A DNA stretch of 63,536 bases, filler included, from Octopus bimaculoides (taxonomy: Eukaryota), in assembly GCF_001194135.2 (NCBI RefSeq). It is 7 parts of 6 records of this genome, joined end to end, with 100 filler letters (N's around TTAATTAATTAA, not from the genome) between each part and the next. Parts side by side here need not be neighbours in the genome. Positions count along the whole stretch, not along the records: positions 1 to 17,080 come from NC_068987.1; 6 more parts are not named here. One strand, 5' to 3'. Positions 1-10,430 of this stretch are shown one piece after another. The notes below the pieces were generated by a model. It did not search any database. It was not told where the DNA came from and saw only the letters and a program-made list of their open reading frames with translations. Within the stretch, counting starts at the first letter, position 1. Each line of letters starts with the position of its first letter. The position numbers and the translations under genes are program-made.

Positions 1-44
<44 letters not shown>

Positions 45-80
45 CGAGAGATAGATAGATACATACATACATATATACAC
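1..80. repeat. (TA)n / (TAGA, TACA)n microsatellite
   Basis: Direct reading of the sequence. Confidence 0.95.
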
Positions 81-1427
81 ACACATACGTGCATGTGCGT
101 ACATATACGTATACACATACCTAGACACACGCACATATTACCACTTATGTTATCTTCTCTTTCTATTGTCCTCCCGTCTTTTTGTATTTACATTTATGTA
201 TTTATATATGTAATTAATTATTCATGTATATCTACCTACATTCATAGTTTGTTTTTTTTAATACATAATTATTCATTCAATTATTCACTGATTTATTCAG
301 TTACATACAAATGGCGATATAGAGACTATTAGTATATCTTCAACATCATTAGTAGTGATATTTACAGTGCAATATTCGACAGCCATTAAATTTTCCGCAA
401 CTAAATCGAAACGTTCCATATATTTTGGTTGGCATTTATTATATTCATCTTTTGAACAATACAATATTATATTGTTATGGTGTTATTTTTAAAATTTTAT
501 TTGAGTCTTTATTATTTTTATAATTATTATTATCTATATTATTATTTGTGCAATCGTCTTCTCGAATATGACGTTAGAGATAGCTGTACTGTAAATAGTA
601 TATTCAATGTTAGTTTCACGAGATAAATGTTATGCATAGATTTTTTTTTAAATTAAAAGGCATCACAACAATACATACACACACACACACACACACATAC
701 ACACATACATACACATATATGTACATACTCACACATCACTCTCGCGTATACAGGCATGTGCAATCACTCATACATATTTGTTTATATATGGCAGAATGTG
801 TGTATGGGTTTAGGCATATAAAGTGATATGTATACATATAAATATATGTGTTATCTGTTCTTTTCTATTCATTTCTTTTCCTGCGAAAACGTAGGAGCTG
901 TGTCGTACGAAAAGGGAAAAACCTCCAGTGTTGAAATTTAGATAACATAAAAACAGTAAAGCGTTTATATATTAAAAAATAGCTGGCATAATTGTTGTTA
1001 TTCTCTTGCCGATTGGTTTGCAAACTGAATGTTAAGTCACTATATTCGCGCGAAATCCATGACTACTCAGGGTTTCCTGTCAGACATTTATTGTCATAGT
1101 AATATTACGCAGTAATATTTACTGATGAGTTCCTCAACTCAGACATCAAAGCAATAACTTTGTAATTTAGAGCCCCACACCTGAATCTTTGCGGGTAGAA
1201 TGCTAGTCAGTTATCTCGACTGCTGTTCACAACTCATACTTATTTTATCAAGACAAGAATTATCCAAACTCTAACTAGTAACTTCTACATCAGCAATGAC
1301 TATGATAGGTTCTACATTGAATGAGTTCAACGAGGCAAAGGCTTAGAATCAGTCCCAGACTCTTTTGCATCGCGTCTTTTAGACACCCTCCTCTGAAAGA
1401 GAAAAAGAGAAATGAATACATTATTCA

Positions 1428-1811
1428 TGTTGCTGGCACTCCGTCGCTTACGACGTTGAGGGTTCCAGTTGATCCGATCAACGGAACAGCCTGCTCGTGA
1501 AATTAACGTGCAAGTGGCTGAGCACTCCACAGACACGTGTACCCTTAACGTAGTTCTCGGGGATATTCAGCGTGACACAGAGTGACAAGGCTGACCCTTT
1601 TGAATTACAGGCACAACAGAAACAGGAAGTAAGAGTGAGAGAAAGTTTTGGTGAAAGAGTACAGCAGGGTTCGCCACTATCCCCTGCCGGAGCCCCGTGG
1701 AGCTTTAGGTGTTTTAGCTCAATAAACACTCACAACGACTGGTCTGGGAATCGAAACCGCGAACCTATGACCGCGAGTCCGCTGCCCTAACCACTGGGCC
1801 ATTGCGCCTCC
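1428..1811 (-). mobile_element. tRNA-derived SINE, family A (head A + tail A), full length, young
   Basis: Minus strand starts GGAGGCGCAATGGCCCAGTGG (A box) with B box GGTTCGCGGTTTCGATTCCC. It ends GACGGAGTGCCAGCAACA. Flanking ACATTATT at 1418-1425 and 1812-1819 is a likely TSD. Near-identical copies lie at 8.1, 17.8 and 59.1 kb. Confidence 0.92.
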
Positions 1812-2966
1812 ACATTATTTGTGTACCAGCAGCGAAAATAACAATTTCCTGAGAATAGATATTCCGAGTGTTGCTTTCTAACACGAACCAAGTGAAGTTA
1901 GATTAACACAAATGAACTGAGACTTGAAGGAAAACAATTCCTCTTATCAGATTTGCATGGGTATATAACCAGCAAAGTACATAATAATAATATTGGGTAA
2001 CAATCTTACTGAAACCCCTGATAGATAAATTACAACTCATCTAGAAGAATATGCTATTGCCATCCAGGAAGATTTATTGGCAAACTGATAAATAAGAGAG
2101 AGAAATACGACTTCATGATTAAAAACATCGATTGTATTGTGGTGATGTGAAATATACGTCTCGTATCATAAGATACCATTCAAAAATATCCGGAAAGTAT
2201 TATATTTTTTTGAGGTATGGCATTGTTGCTAAACCATTTACAATGCTATCCGCAGGAAATATTGTTTCGACAGACATACAATAGATGCACCACAACCAGA
2301 TTGCGTCCACACCTTTATAAGGGATATTGTTGGAATATTGAAATAAACATCAATTTCATCGAACACAATTGAATTGATATTGTTATATGCGATAGTTGAC
2401 AAATGAATTGCTCTCCTGCAGAGATCAGCTGCCAGGCAGATGTAAATATTTCATTTACAATTATTGTAAAGGAGAATATTTATGGTAAACTAATGAGGAA
2501 CCTCCAGCTCTTGCAGCCAGATTATAGGTTTTCTTTTGTAACGATTATGAAAAGTGCATTGGGCTCAGTAACAACAGATTCGAATAAAAGACTTGAAATA
2601 CAGGGACTAACAGAAAGTAGAAAAGAGTCTGACTTCTATCCTCTAAATGATATCAATTACGAGTGCAGCGAAACGAAGCTCATGCATTCTCCAAATGTTA
2701 TTCTTGGAATGGACATAGGTTCAATTACATCTACATACGGCTTGCATAAATATGCGCGCGCATACATGACTGATTAACCATATACAATTCTGTACTAAAC
2801 AGACGTTAGATAAGAGCAATACGAGTTATACATTCACCAGTGTCAATGTCCTCACTAAATGATCCGCGTATGCACAAATCCAAGGAATTATCTTGCGTTA
2901 AATACAATTCCTGTCACTATTGTAGCGTTTTTAGTCTGTATTTCAATAAAAGACAGAAACAAATAT

Positions 2967-3280
2967 TGTATTGAAAGTGGCACTCCCATTCCCACGCGAC
3001 AAATTGGGATGGGTTGCCACTATAAAGTCAACAATCAGTCGTTTGAAGTCGGTAATAGTAGAAGCGTCACAAGAGTTTCTCAGTTGGAGTCAGTGTTAGT
3101 TACGAGCTATATATGAGTACGAGTTACCGTCAAGGTAGACGTTTCAAAGTCGTTGTCTTGCGGAACTATAAGCGATAGCACGATTGTCGAGTCAAAGAAA
3201 AAAAAGAATACCGCCACAACATAATAGTGGCCACAAGAATATTAGAGTGCCGACAATATCATACAAGTGGACATAAAACA
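2967..3280 (+). repeat. 5' LTR
   Basis: TGTATTG...ACATAAAACA; aligns to 4485-4821, e.g. shared GTTGCCACTATAAAGTCA, TTCTCAGTTGGAGTCAGTGT and TAGACGTTTCAAAGTC. Confidence 0.85.
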
Positions 3281-3294
3281 GTAGCGATGAGGAT
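3281..3294 (+). other. Primer-binding-site-like motif
   Basis: GTAGCGATGAGGAT directly after the LTR-terminal CA resembles the TGGCGACGAGGAT PBS common in invertebrate Gypsy elements. Confidence 0.6.
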
Positions 3295-3556
3295 ATAAAC
3301 AATTCACCCGGACAACGTTGAAACGTTTTTCACGTGGAGAAATTAAAAACTCGACAGTGGAGTAACAAACATTGCTGTTGTACATGTTTTCCAAAAAATC
3401 CGTAAAATTATCGAAAACTTCTTAGAGGGTCTAGCTGAGTTGCAAAAATAGCATGGACACCATCTCAAAGAACAACAATAATAACAACAAATGCTACAAC
3501 ATAAATTTTACGACTACTGAAGTTGATAACAGAATCTGGAAAGTACGTTTCCTGGC

Positions 3557-3690
3557 GATCATGTAACAAATTCAATAAATGAATTTAAATATGATCCGGA
3601 AGAAGGAGTTACCTTTGAGGCATATTACCGAAGGTTTGAACAAAATTTCGGAAAGAGATGGTAAGACTGGACGGACGAAAATAAATACGT
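3557..3690 (+). pseudogene. gag: Gypsy gag N-terminal remnant
   Basis: Manual translation DHVTNSINEFKYDPEEGVTFEAYYRRFEQNFGKRW*DWTDENK matches the EFxYDPExGxTFxxWxxR gag motif of K02A2.6-type elements. Confidence 0.8.
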
Positions 3691-3711
3691 CTAAGTTTGA
3701 GGAAACGCGAA

Positions 3712-4365
3712 ATGTTCACAGTCAGACGTAAAACTATAGCGCCTTACTATCCCAAATCAAATGGACGGGCGGAGCTTTGAGAAAAGTAAACATGGAAGTC
3801 ACAGACGAAGTCACTTTGCAACAATTCCTAAAGGTATACAGGGTAACACTGAACCCCAATACACCGGTAGAAAGCTCACCAGCAGAACTGATGTTCGCTA
3901 AGAAGATGAAATGAGATTTTGATAAACTTTTCCTGGCGATGAAAGAAAAAGTACCAGGAAAAAACAATCCAAAAATCGGTGATAAGGTGTGCATAAGTTC
4001 ATATAAAAACGGAAAATAGTACTGGAAAGAAGGCATAATTACAAAGTACATAAGAAGGATAATGTACGGAATTAAAAGCAGGAAAGTTATAGAAGAAAGA
4101 CAGGGGAAACCAATTGAAGAAGAAATTCATAGAAAATAAACTAGACAGATTAGAAGAATCTACAGAATAGCTGTATGACCCATTCCAGGTATCAACACGG
4201 CTACAGGTGGTTGAAAAACGAGTGGAAGAAAAACAAATGGAAGAAAAACAAGTGGAAGAAAAACAAGTGGAAGAAAAACAAGTGGAAGAAAAACAAGTGG
4301 AAGAAAAACAAATGGAAGAAAAACAAGTGGAAGAAAAACGAAAAACACAGCGTTCTTACAAATAA
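3712..4365 (+). pseudogene. pol: Gypsy integrase C-terminal remnant
   Basis: TIAPYYPKSNGRAE, frameshift, then ALRK...LQQFLKVYRVTLNPNTPVESSPAELMFAKK, IGDKV...YWKEGIITK...MYGIK and GNQLKKK; contains stops and frameshifts. Confidence 0.85.
4207..4341 (+). repeat. 15-bp tandem repeat x9 (GTGGAAGAAAAACAA)
   Basis: Counted nine units; in the pol frame they read (V/M)EEKQ. Confidence 0.95.
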
Positions 4366-4484
4366 ATATCAAAAAGAAAAAAATATAAAGTTGAAAAAAA
4401 AAACAATGCTAAAAAGGGAAGAGGGGTGAATAAAGTAAGATAAAATTATTTGCTTCCCAAAGAAGAAAAAAACTGAAAAGGGTA

Positions 4485-4817
4485 TGTTGTAGTAAAAATA
4501 GGACCCAGCCTTCCCACGTGACAAATTGGTATGAGTTGCCACTATAAAGTCAGACATTCAGTGGTAGGAAGTCAGTATTAGTAGAGTTGTTGTACGAGTT
4601 CTCAGTTGGAGTCAGTGTCAATTACGTGATATATACGAGTCCGAGTTACCACCAGGATAGACGTTTCAAAGTCATTATCTTACGGGAGTGTCACCGAGAG
4701 CACGAGAGTCGAGTCAAAGATAAAAAGACTCGGAATACTGTCACAATATCATAATAGTGGCGACAAGAATATTACGCTTCCAACAATAACGAACAAGTGG
4801 ACGAGGATCCACATTAT

Positions 4818-4821
<4 letters not shown>
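4485..4821 (+). repeat. 3' LTR
   Basis: TGTTGTAG...CATTATAACA, preceded by purine tracts AAAAAGGGAAGAGGGG (about 4412-4427) and GAAAAGGG. Confidence 0.85.
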
Positions 4822-4854
<33 letters not shown>

Positions 4855-5090
4855 CATCACAACCTACTTACCAGTATTAAAATCAATTATTATTTATATT
4901 AACAAACTTTGCACATATTAATATTTAGAATACTACCTTTTTTTACATTCTGGATGAAGCCATTTTGTTTATGCTACCAAAGATATTAGCAAAGGCAGAA
5001 ACATTATAAACATATCACCAGCTGTGCATGATTGATCTTAGTCTTCAGTTTAGTTTCTGTTTTATGCAGGAAGTACTTACCCTACTTCGC

Positions 5091-5100
5091 TAATATATCT

Positions 5101-5152
<52 letters not shown>

Positions 5153-5195
5153 TTGTGTGTGTGTGTGTGTGTGTGTGTCTGTCTGTCAATCAATC
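5091..5195. repeat. (TCTA)n(TG)n compound microsatellite
   Basis: Direct reading. Confidence 0.9.
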
Positions 5196-6163
5196 AATCT
5201 ATCAATCTGTTCATTCACCCGTACCTACATATATATTCGAGTGCTTTTAATAACCACTTGAGGAAATAGTCTTAACCTGCAACCTTGCGTACAAAAACCA
5301 CTAAATACTGGAATTACTACCTCCGTTATTACTGCTGCTGTTGATGTCTAGAGATGCGTATAAAGTACTCTAACTTTGTGACTGAAACTGAGTTTTGTCC
5401 ACCGCCAATAAATATATGGCATACGTATATTTATTTCATTGTATACATAAGCTGATTTGTTTTCCTTGATATACCCACATTTAACTGTTTTTACATTGAT
5501 ACACACACATTGTAATATAAATATTTCCTATCTCTTTGAGTTCTCTGATAAAGTATATTACACTAAGCTTATATTAAAGTTATTACATAAGCTTTTATCC
5601 TCGTTACATCTATGGAATGTTTCTCTATCTCCATCATATTAAAAGCACCTTTTAGTTGTTAATTCAAACTCTTCTGCTCTCTTGTGTATAATTTTGCACA
5701 TAAAACTAACAGGAATCGAGTAGTACGAAGTTTTGAGTGGTTCTGGTAAATATCGGAGGATTTAATTTTAATCTTTTAAATTTCTAGTAACACCGGTGTT
5801 TATATCACAATTCAATACTCAAATTACAAACTGCATTATTACGGGAGCTGATGAAGAACAAAGATTAACACGAGATACACCATCTTTGTGTCGGAATCAA
5901 AGCACTTTACCCAATAACAATTTACGTATGGAATATATTCAGATTTATTTCAGTGCATGAGCAGGTTGACTTGTTTTCCTTGAGTTAAATTAATGTTAGA
6001 AATATTAATAGTTCCTCTTAGTTTGTGATATCTGCTAATGCTATTACGTTAAAATTGTATTCTTGTTGCATATACGAATATATTTATCTCCGTAATATGT
6101 GTGTGTGTGCGCGCGTGCATGTGCCTGTAAATAGTCATTATGCATGTACGTTTGTAGTATGTA

Positions 6164-6222
<59 letters not shown>

Positions 6223-6255
6223 NNNNNNNNNNNNNNNNNNNNNNNNNNNNNNNNN

Positions 6256-6302
<47 letters not shown>

Positions 6303-7249
6303 GTGTGTATGTATATGTATGTATGCATGTGTGCGTGTACAAATGCATAAATATACATATATTTAAACACACACACAGAAACTTCTTTTCTTTCTCCGTT
6401 TCTTTTCATTCTCTCACCATTTTGTTCATCTTAATCCTTTCTATCGAAGACTTTAGGCTCTTAACGTAAAAGACCGCTTCCTTGTTTTCCGAACGTTAAA
6501 CTAATACATTTGCTTGTTATTCCTATATCGTTGTACATGTGTTTATTACCTTTACATCAAACGAGCAAGAACAGTTTTTAAACCTATTTCACTCTCAGGT
6601 TTGACCTCACCATCGCTGATAACGTCTCATATGGATCCTAAAGCCTGCAAAGAGAACAGATAGACAACGACAAAGTATAACTACGCAACAGAATTTAATG
6701 TTTCTATATTTAAACAAGCCACAAAATGACGGTGTTGAGCTGTGCACTTTTTATTTATTTCCGTTCATAGCATTCTATATGTTTCTATGGAATATTTTGA
6801 ACAAATGTATCATATTCAAGATTTCAGTTTTAACATTATCTCGGATACTGATATTACCCTGATTCAATGTAATTACCATATAATTATGAGCTTATTTAGA
6901 ATTACTAATTAACATGCACACAAGAGTTTTATTTTTAGGCCGAGATGTGAATATAACATTTAATATGGCGTATAATATTGCGTACACATATGGATTTACT
7001 TTGCCACATTTTAATTGCATTTGGTAATACCCAAAGTTCGTTGTAGTTCTACGCATTCTTTTGTGTGTGTACGTGTGCATATAGGAATGCACATTCTCAC
7101 ACGCACACACACACATACACACACACACACACACAGAGAGGCACATACACACTCACGCACATTCACACACACATGCATATACACAAACTTACACACATAT
7201 TTAGGAATTGATATGAATACTATTGCCTAATAATTATCTACACGTCAAA

Positions 7250-7460
7250 GGCGGTGAGCTGGTAGAAACGGTAACCCGTCAGGCAAAGTGCTTAGCGGCA
7301 TTTCGGCCATCGTCACTTCCTGGTTTCGAATTCCACCGGTGTCGAATTTGGCTTTCATATTTTCGGGGTTGATAAAATAAGTACCAGCTGATCACTGGAG
7401 ACGATGTAATCGTCTTACTCACATCCCCCAAATTGCTAGCCTTGTTCCAAAATTCGAAAC
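7250..7460 (+). mobile_element. SINE family B copy
   Basis: Head GGCGGTGAGCTGGTAGAA, core TTTCATATTTTCGGGGTTGATAAAATAAGTACCAG, tail CCTTGTTCCAAAATTCGAAAC. Confidence 0.8.
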
Positions 7461-7480
7461 CTATATTGCCTCCACATCTT

Positions 7481-7682
7481 GGGTGGTGAAATGAGAAATT
7501 CGTTAGCACGCCGGACAAAATGCTTAGTGTCATTTCGTCCGTCTTTACATTCTGAGTTCAAATTCCGTGGAGGTCGACATGCCCTTTTATCCTTCCGGAG
7601 TCGGTAAAATAAGTACCAGTTAAGCATTTTAATGAACGCAATGGACTTATTCTCGGCCCCCGAAACTCCTGGCCTTGCCCCA
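7481..7682 (+). mobile_element. SINE family B copy, tandem with the previous one
   Basis: TCGTTAGCACGCCGGACAAAATGCTTAG...TTCTGAGTTCAAATTCCG...GGTAAAATAAGTACCAG. Confidence 0.8.
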
Positions 7683-7789
7683 GTATTATCTGCACGTGTT
7701 TTATAATGTTTACAACGGGTACAGACGAGGTACAGGAATTATTTATGTATGGCCTTACAAATTTATGTCCCCAATATACAGTACGAAGT

Positions 7790-7860
7790 CTCATTTGACA
7801 GAGTTTCGGTGGAATTTGAACTCAGTACGTAAAGGCAATCGAAATACTACTAAGCATTTG
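7790..7860 (-). mobile_element. SINE family B 5' fragment, inverted
   Basis: GGAATTTGAACTCAGTACGTAAAG...CTAAGCATTT is the reverse complement of the B head. Confidence 0.65.
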
Positions 7861-7903
7861 AATCTATCAATTTATCTAAGTATCTATATATATACATACA
7901 TAA

Positions 7904-7936
<33 letters not shown>

Positions 7937-8111
7937 NNNNNNNNNNNNNNNNNNNNNNNNNNNNNNNNNNNNNNNNNNNNNNNNNNNNNNNNNNNNNNNN
8001 NNNNNNNNNNNNNNNNNNNNNNNNNNNNNNNNNNNNNNNNNNNNNNNNNNNNNNNNNNNNNNNNNNNNNNNNNNNNNNNNNNNNNNNNNNNNNNNNNNNN
8101 NNNNNGTTACA

Positions 8112-8447
8112 CTTGATCCGATCAACGGAACAGCCTGCTCGTGAAATTAACGTGCAAGTGGCTGAGCACTCCACAGACATGTGTACCCTTATCGTAGTTC
8201 TCGAGAAGATTCAGCGTGACACAGAGTGTGACAAGGCTGACCCTTTGAAATACAGGTACAACAGAAACAGGAAGAAAGAGAGAAAGTTGTGGTGAAACAG
8301 TAGAGCAAGGTTCGCTACCAATATCCCCTGCCGGAGCCTCGTGGAGATTTAGGCCTCTTTGCTTAGTAAACAACGGCAGGTCTGGGAATGGAATCCGTGA
8401 TCTTACGACTTCGAGTCCGCTGCCGTAAACACTGGGCCAATGCCTCC
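8112..8447 (-). mobile_element. SINE family A copy
   Basis: Collinear with 1428-1811; 3' tip lost at the gap. Confidence 0.88.
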
Positions 8448-8731
8448 ACATACATATTACGTTATATATGTATATATTTCTGTTAAACTATCGTATGTCC
8501 AAATTTGGACAAGTGCGTTTTTTCTTTTTTTCAATATTTATTGCCGGTTGTTTTGCTCAAACTATCGTATCTCCAGCTGCTTCCGATACCAAGATATCAA
8601 AATTTGTGAAAGTGTAGTACAACTGTTTTGCTATGGAATGGATAAACTATCTTTTCGTTTTCAGAAAAAGCAACCTTTTGAGCTTACGACATTTTTCTAT
8701 AAGAGCAATGATATGTATATATGCATGTATA

Positions 8732-8985
8732 TATTCTTTTTCTCTTTTATGCGTGTCAAGCAAAAATCTGGGACCATGCTGGAGCACTGCCAGTTTAAGC
8801 ACCTTTTCAATGACCATTCTTATGCCAATGGTTTTTGCTGATATAGTGGGATCGACTATATAGGTTCATTTGAGACCTTGTACAAGAGGAGATACAGTTG
8901 CCTCTTGAAAACATTCACCCCCTACTGCATGAAGATATTTCAGATATTTTGGCTAGGCATTAAATAGCTGTGGTCCCTTGAATAT
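8732..8985 (-). mobile_element. CR1-like LINE 3' fragment
   Basis: Minus-strand translation FKGPQLFNA*PKYLKYLHAVG/VNVFKRQLYLLLYKVSNEP; ends in a GGCAGTGCTCCAGCATGGTCC tail. Confidence 0.7.
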
Positions 8986-9054
8986 TTAAATATGTTTGTG
9001 CTTGTGTGTGAGTGCATGTGTGTGTGAGTGAGTGAGTGTGTGCGCGCTTGTGAC

Positions 9055-9087
<33 letters not shown>

Positions 9088-9300
9088 TAGATAGATAGTT
9101 ATGCAAATAGATAGATAGAAAGATANNNNNNNNNNCAGACAGATAGATAAATATATACATGCATGCCTGCACACAAACATACATACATACATACATACAT
9201 ACATGTTACGTGTTTCCTTATATGTTATATGCATACCATTATTATAGCTGCATGCAGGGACTTAGCGACTCATTTATGTTTTTCGTTCATCAGATTCCTC

Positions 9301-9725
9301 TACTCTTTTACTCTTTTACTCTTTTACTTGTTTCAGTCATTTTGATTGCGGCCATGCTGGAGCACCACCTTTTAGTCGAGCACATCGACCCGAGGACTTA
9401 TTCTTTGGAAGCCTAGTACTTATTCTATCGATCTATTTTGCCGAACTGCTAAGTTACGGGGACGTAAACCCACCAGCATCGGTTGTCAAGCGATGTTGGG
9501 GGGACAGACACAGACACAAATATACACACACACATACATATATATATATATACATATATACGACGGGCTTCTTTCAGTTTCCGTCTACCAAATCAACTCA
9601 CAAGGCTTTGGTCGGCCCGAGGCTATAGTAGATGTGCACTAGCGCAAGGTGCCACGCAGTGGGAATGAACCCGGAACCATGTGGTTGTTAAGCAAGCTAC
9701 TTACCACACAGCCACTGCTGCGCCT
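9301..9725 (-). mobile_element. SINE family C, full length, with internal TA/CA microsatellite
   Basis: Head GTGGCTGTGTGGTAAGTAGCTTGC...GGTTCATTCCC; tail GGTGGTGCTCCAGCATGGCCGCAATCAAAATGACTGAAACAAGTAAAAGAG repeats. Confidence 0.92.
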
Positions 9726-10324
9726 CTGTTTATATTTTCTCTATACATTGTGTTCTAAATAAATAAAAAGTTAGCTTCGAAGCAGCATCGAAGTCTTAGT
9801 AAGTTCTGCAATAGGGCCCTATAGTTGTAAATGAAAAAGACAAAATGAAAGAGAGGGTGTGAATGCTATTACACAGTAACTAACAAGTGTAAACTAATAA
9901 ATTCAACAGCCCATGCCGACAGCAGAACGTTTATCTTGTTGTTATAAATTATATACATTTCCGGTGCAATGTTAAGACGAGTGTCATTCTTCAGCATCAC
10001 TTCCGTTCAGCATAGCTTACGCTCGGTACAGATAAGAGCCGAGAACTTCAAGGCTTAAAGTGGTTAATTCAACGATTGACTTCCACGTCACGTTACATTT
10101 GCAAGGGTCAGCTAGGGCCCCTTTACTTATTTACATATCTGTTTATTTCTTTGTTTTTATTTCGTTGTTTTATTGTATTTTTATATCTCTGTTCTCAGGT
10201 TGCTTCCAGCTTTTTCTAGAAATATATGTCTACATCTTTTAATACTAGTACGTCTCCCTATCCTTTCTCCATCACTCTTATCAACAGAATCCTGAGGCAT
10301 ATAGACCAGTCAACAAGAGAGCCA

Positions 10325-10430
10325 TTAATGCCCGTTTAATTTGAAAGAAGTAGCAGCTGAATCACATTCAAATCACATAACATCATCTAAACGAAAGGAA
10401 AACACTCACTGGATAATACAATCCTAGAGT
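10325..10430 (+). repeat. Fragment of an old unclassified interspersed repeat
   Basis: Loosely similar to 12190-12300; related 3' ends ending CTAAACAA occur near 29470 and 34495. Confidence 0.3.

Larger units (their letters stand above)
2967..4821 (+). mobile_element. Internally deleted Ty3/Gypsy LTR retrotransposon (K02A2.6-like)
   Basis: Two diverged direct repeats bounded by TG...CA, a PBS-like motif, gag and integrase remnants, purine-rich tracts before the 3' LTR, and ATAT on both flanks. Confidence 0.88.

Noticed and set aside
298-480. 60-codon minus-strand frame (...MERFDLVAENLMAVEYC...)
   Set aside because: No recognisable homology, and the length is within chance expectation.
1122-1143. 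CTGATGA followed by a small hairpin
   Set aside because: No GAAA follows the stem, so the hammerhead core is incomplete.
4207-4341. Repeat array as a CRISPR
   Set aside because: There are no spacers, the context is eukaryotic, and the repeat lies inside a retrotransposon. The SINE arrays at 17.8 and 62.4 kb fail for similar reasons.
4175-4429. 84-aa KKNKW-repeat ORF and its antisense VFLPL ORF
   Set aside because: These are off-frame readings of the 15-bp repeat; the meaningful frame is the Gypsy pol frame.
5713-5745. 33-nt AG...GT micro-exon (xNRVVRSFEWF); similar candidates at 16356-16431, 58866-58895 and 10199
   Set aside because: Such signals arise often by chance in AT-rich DNA, and they could not be chained into a recognisable protein.
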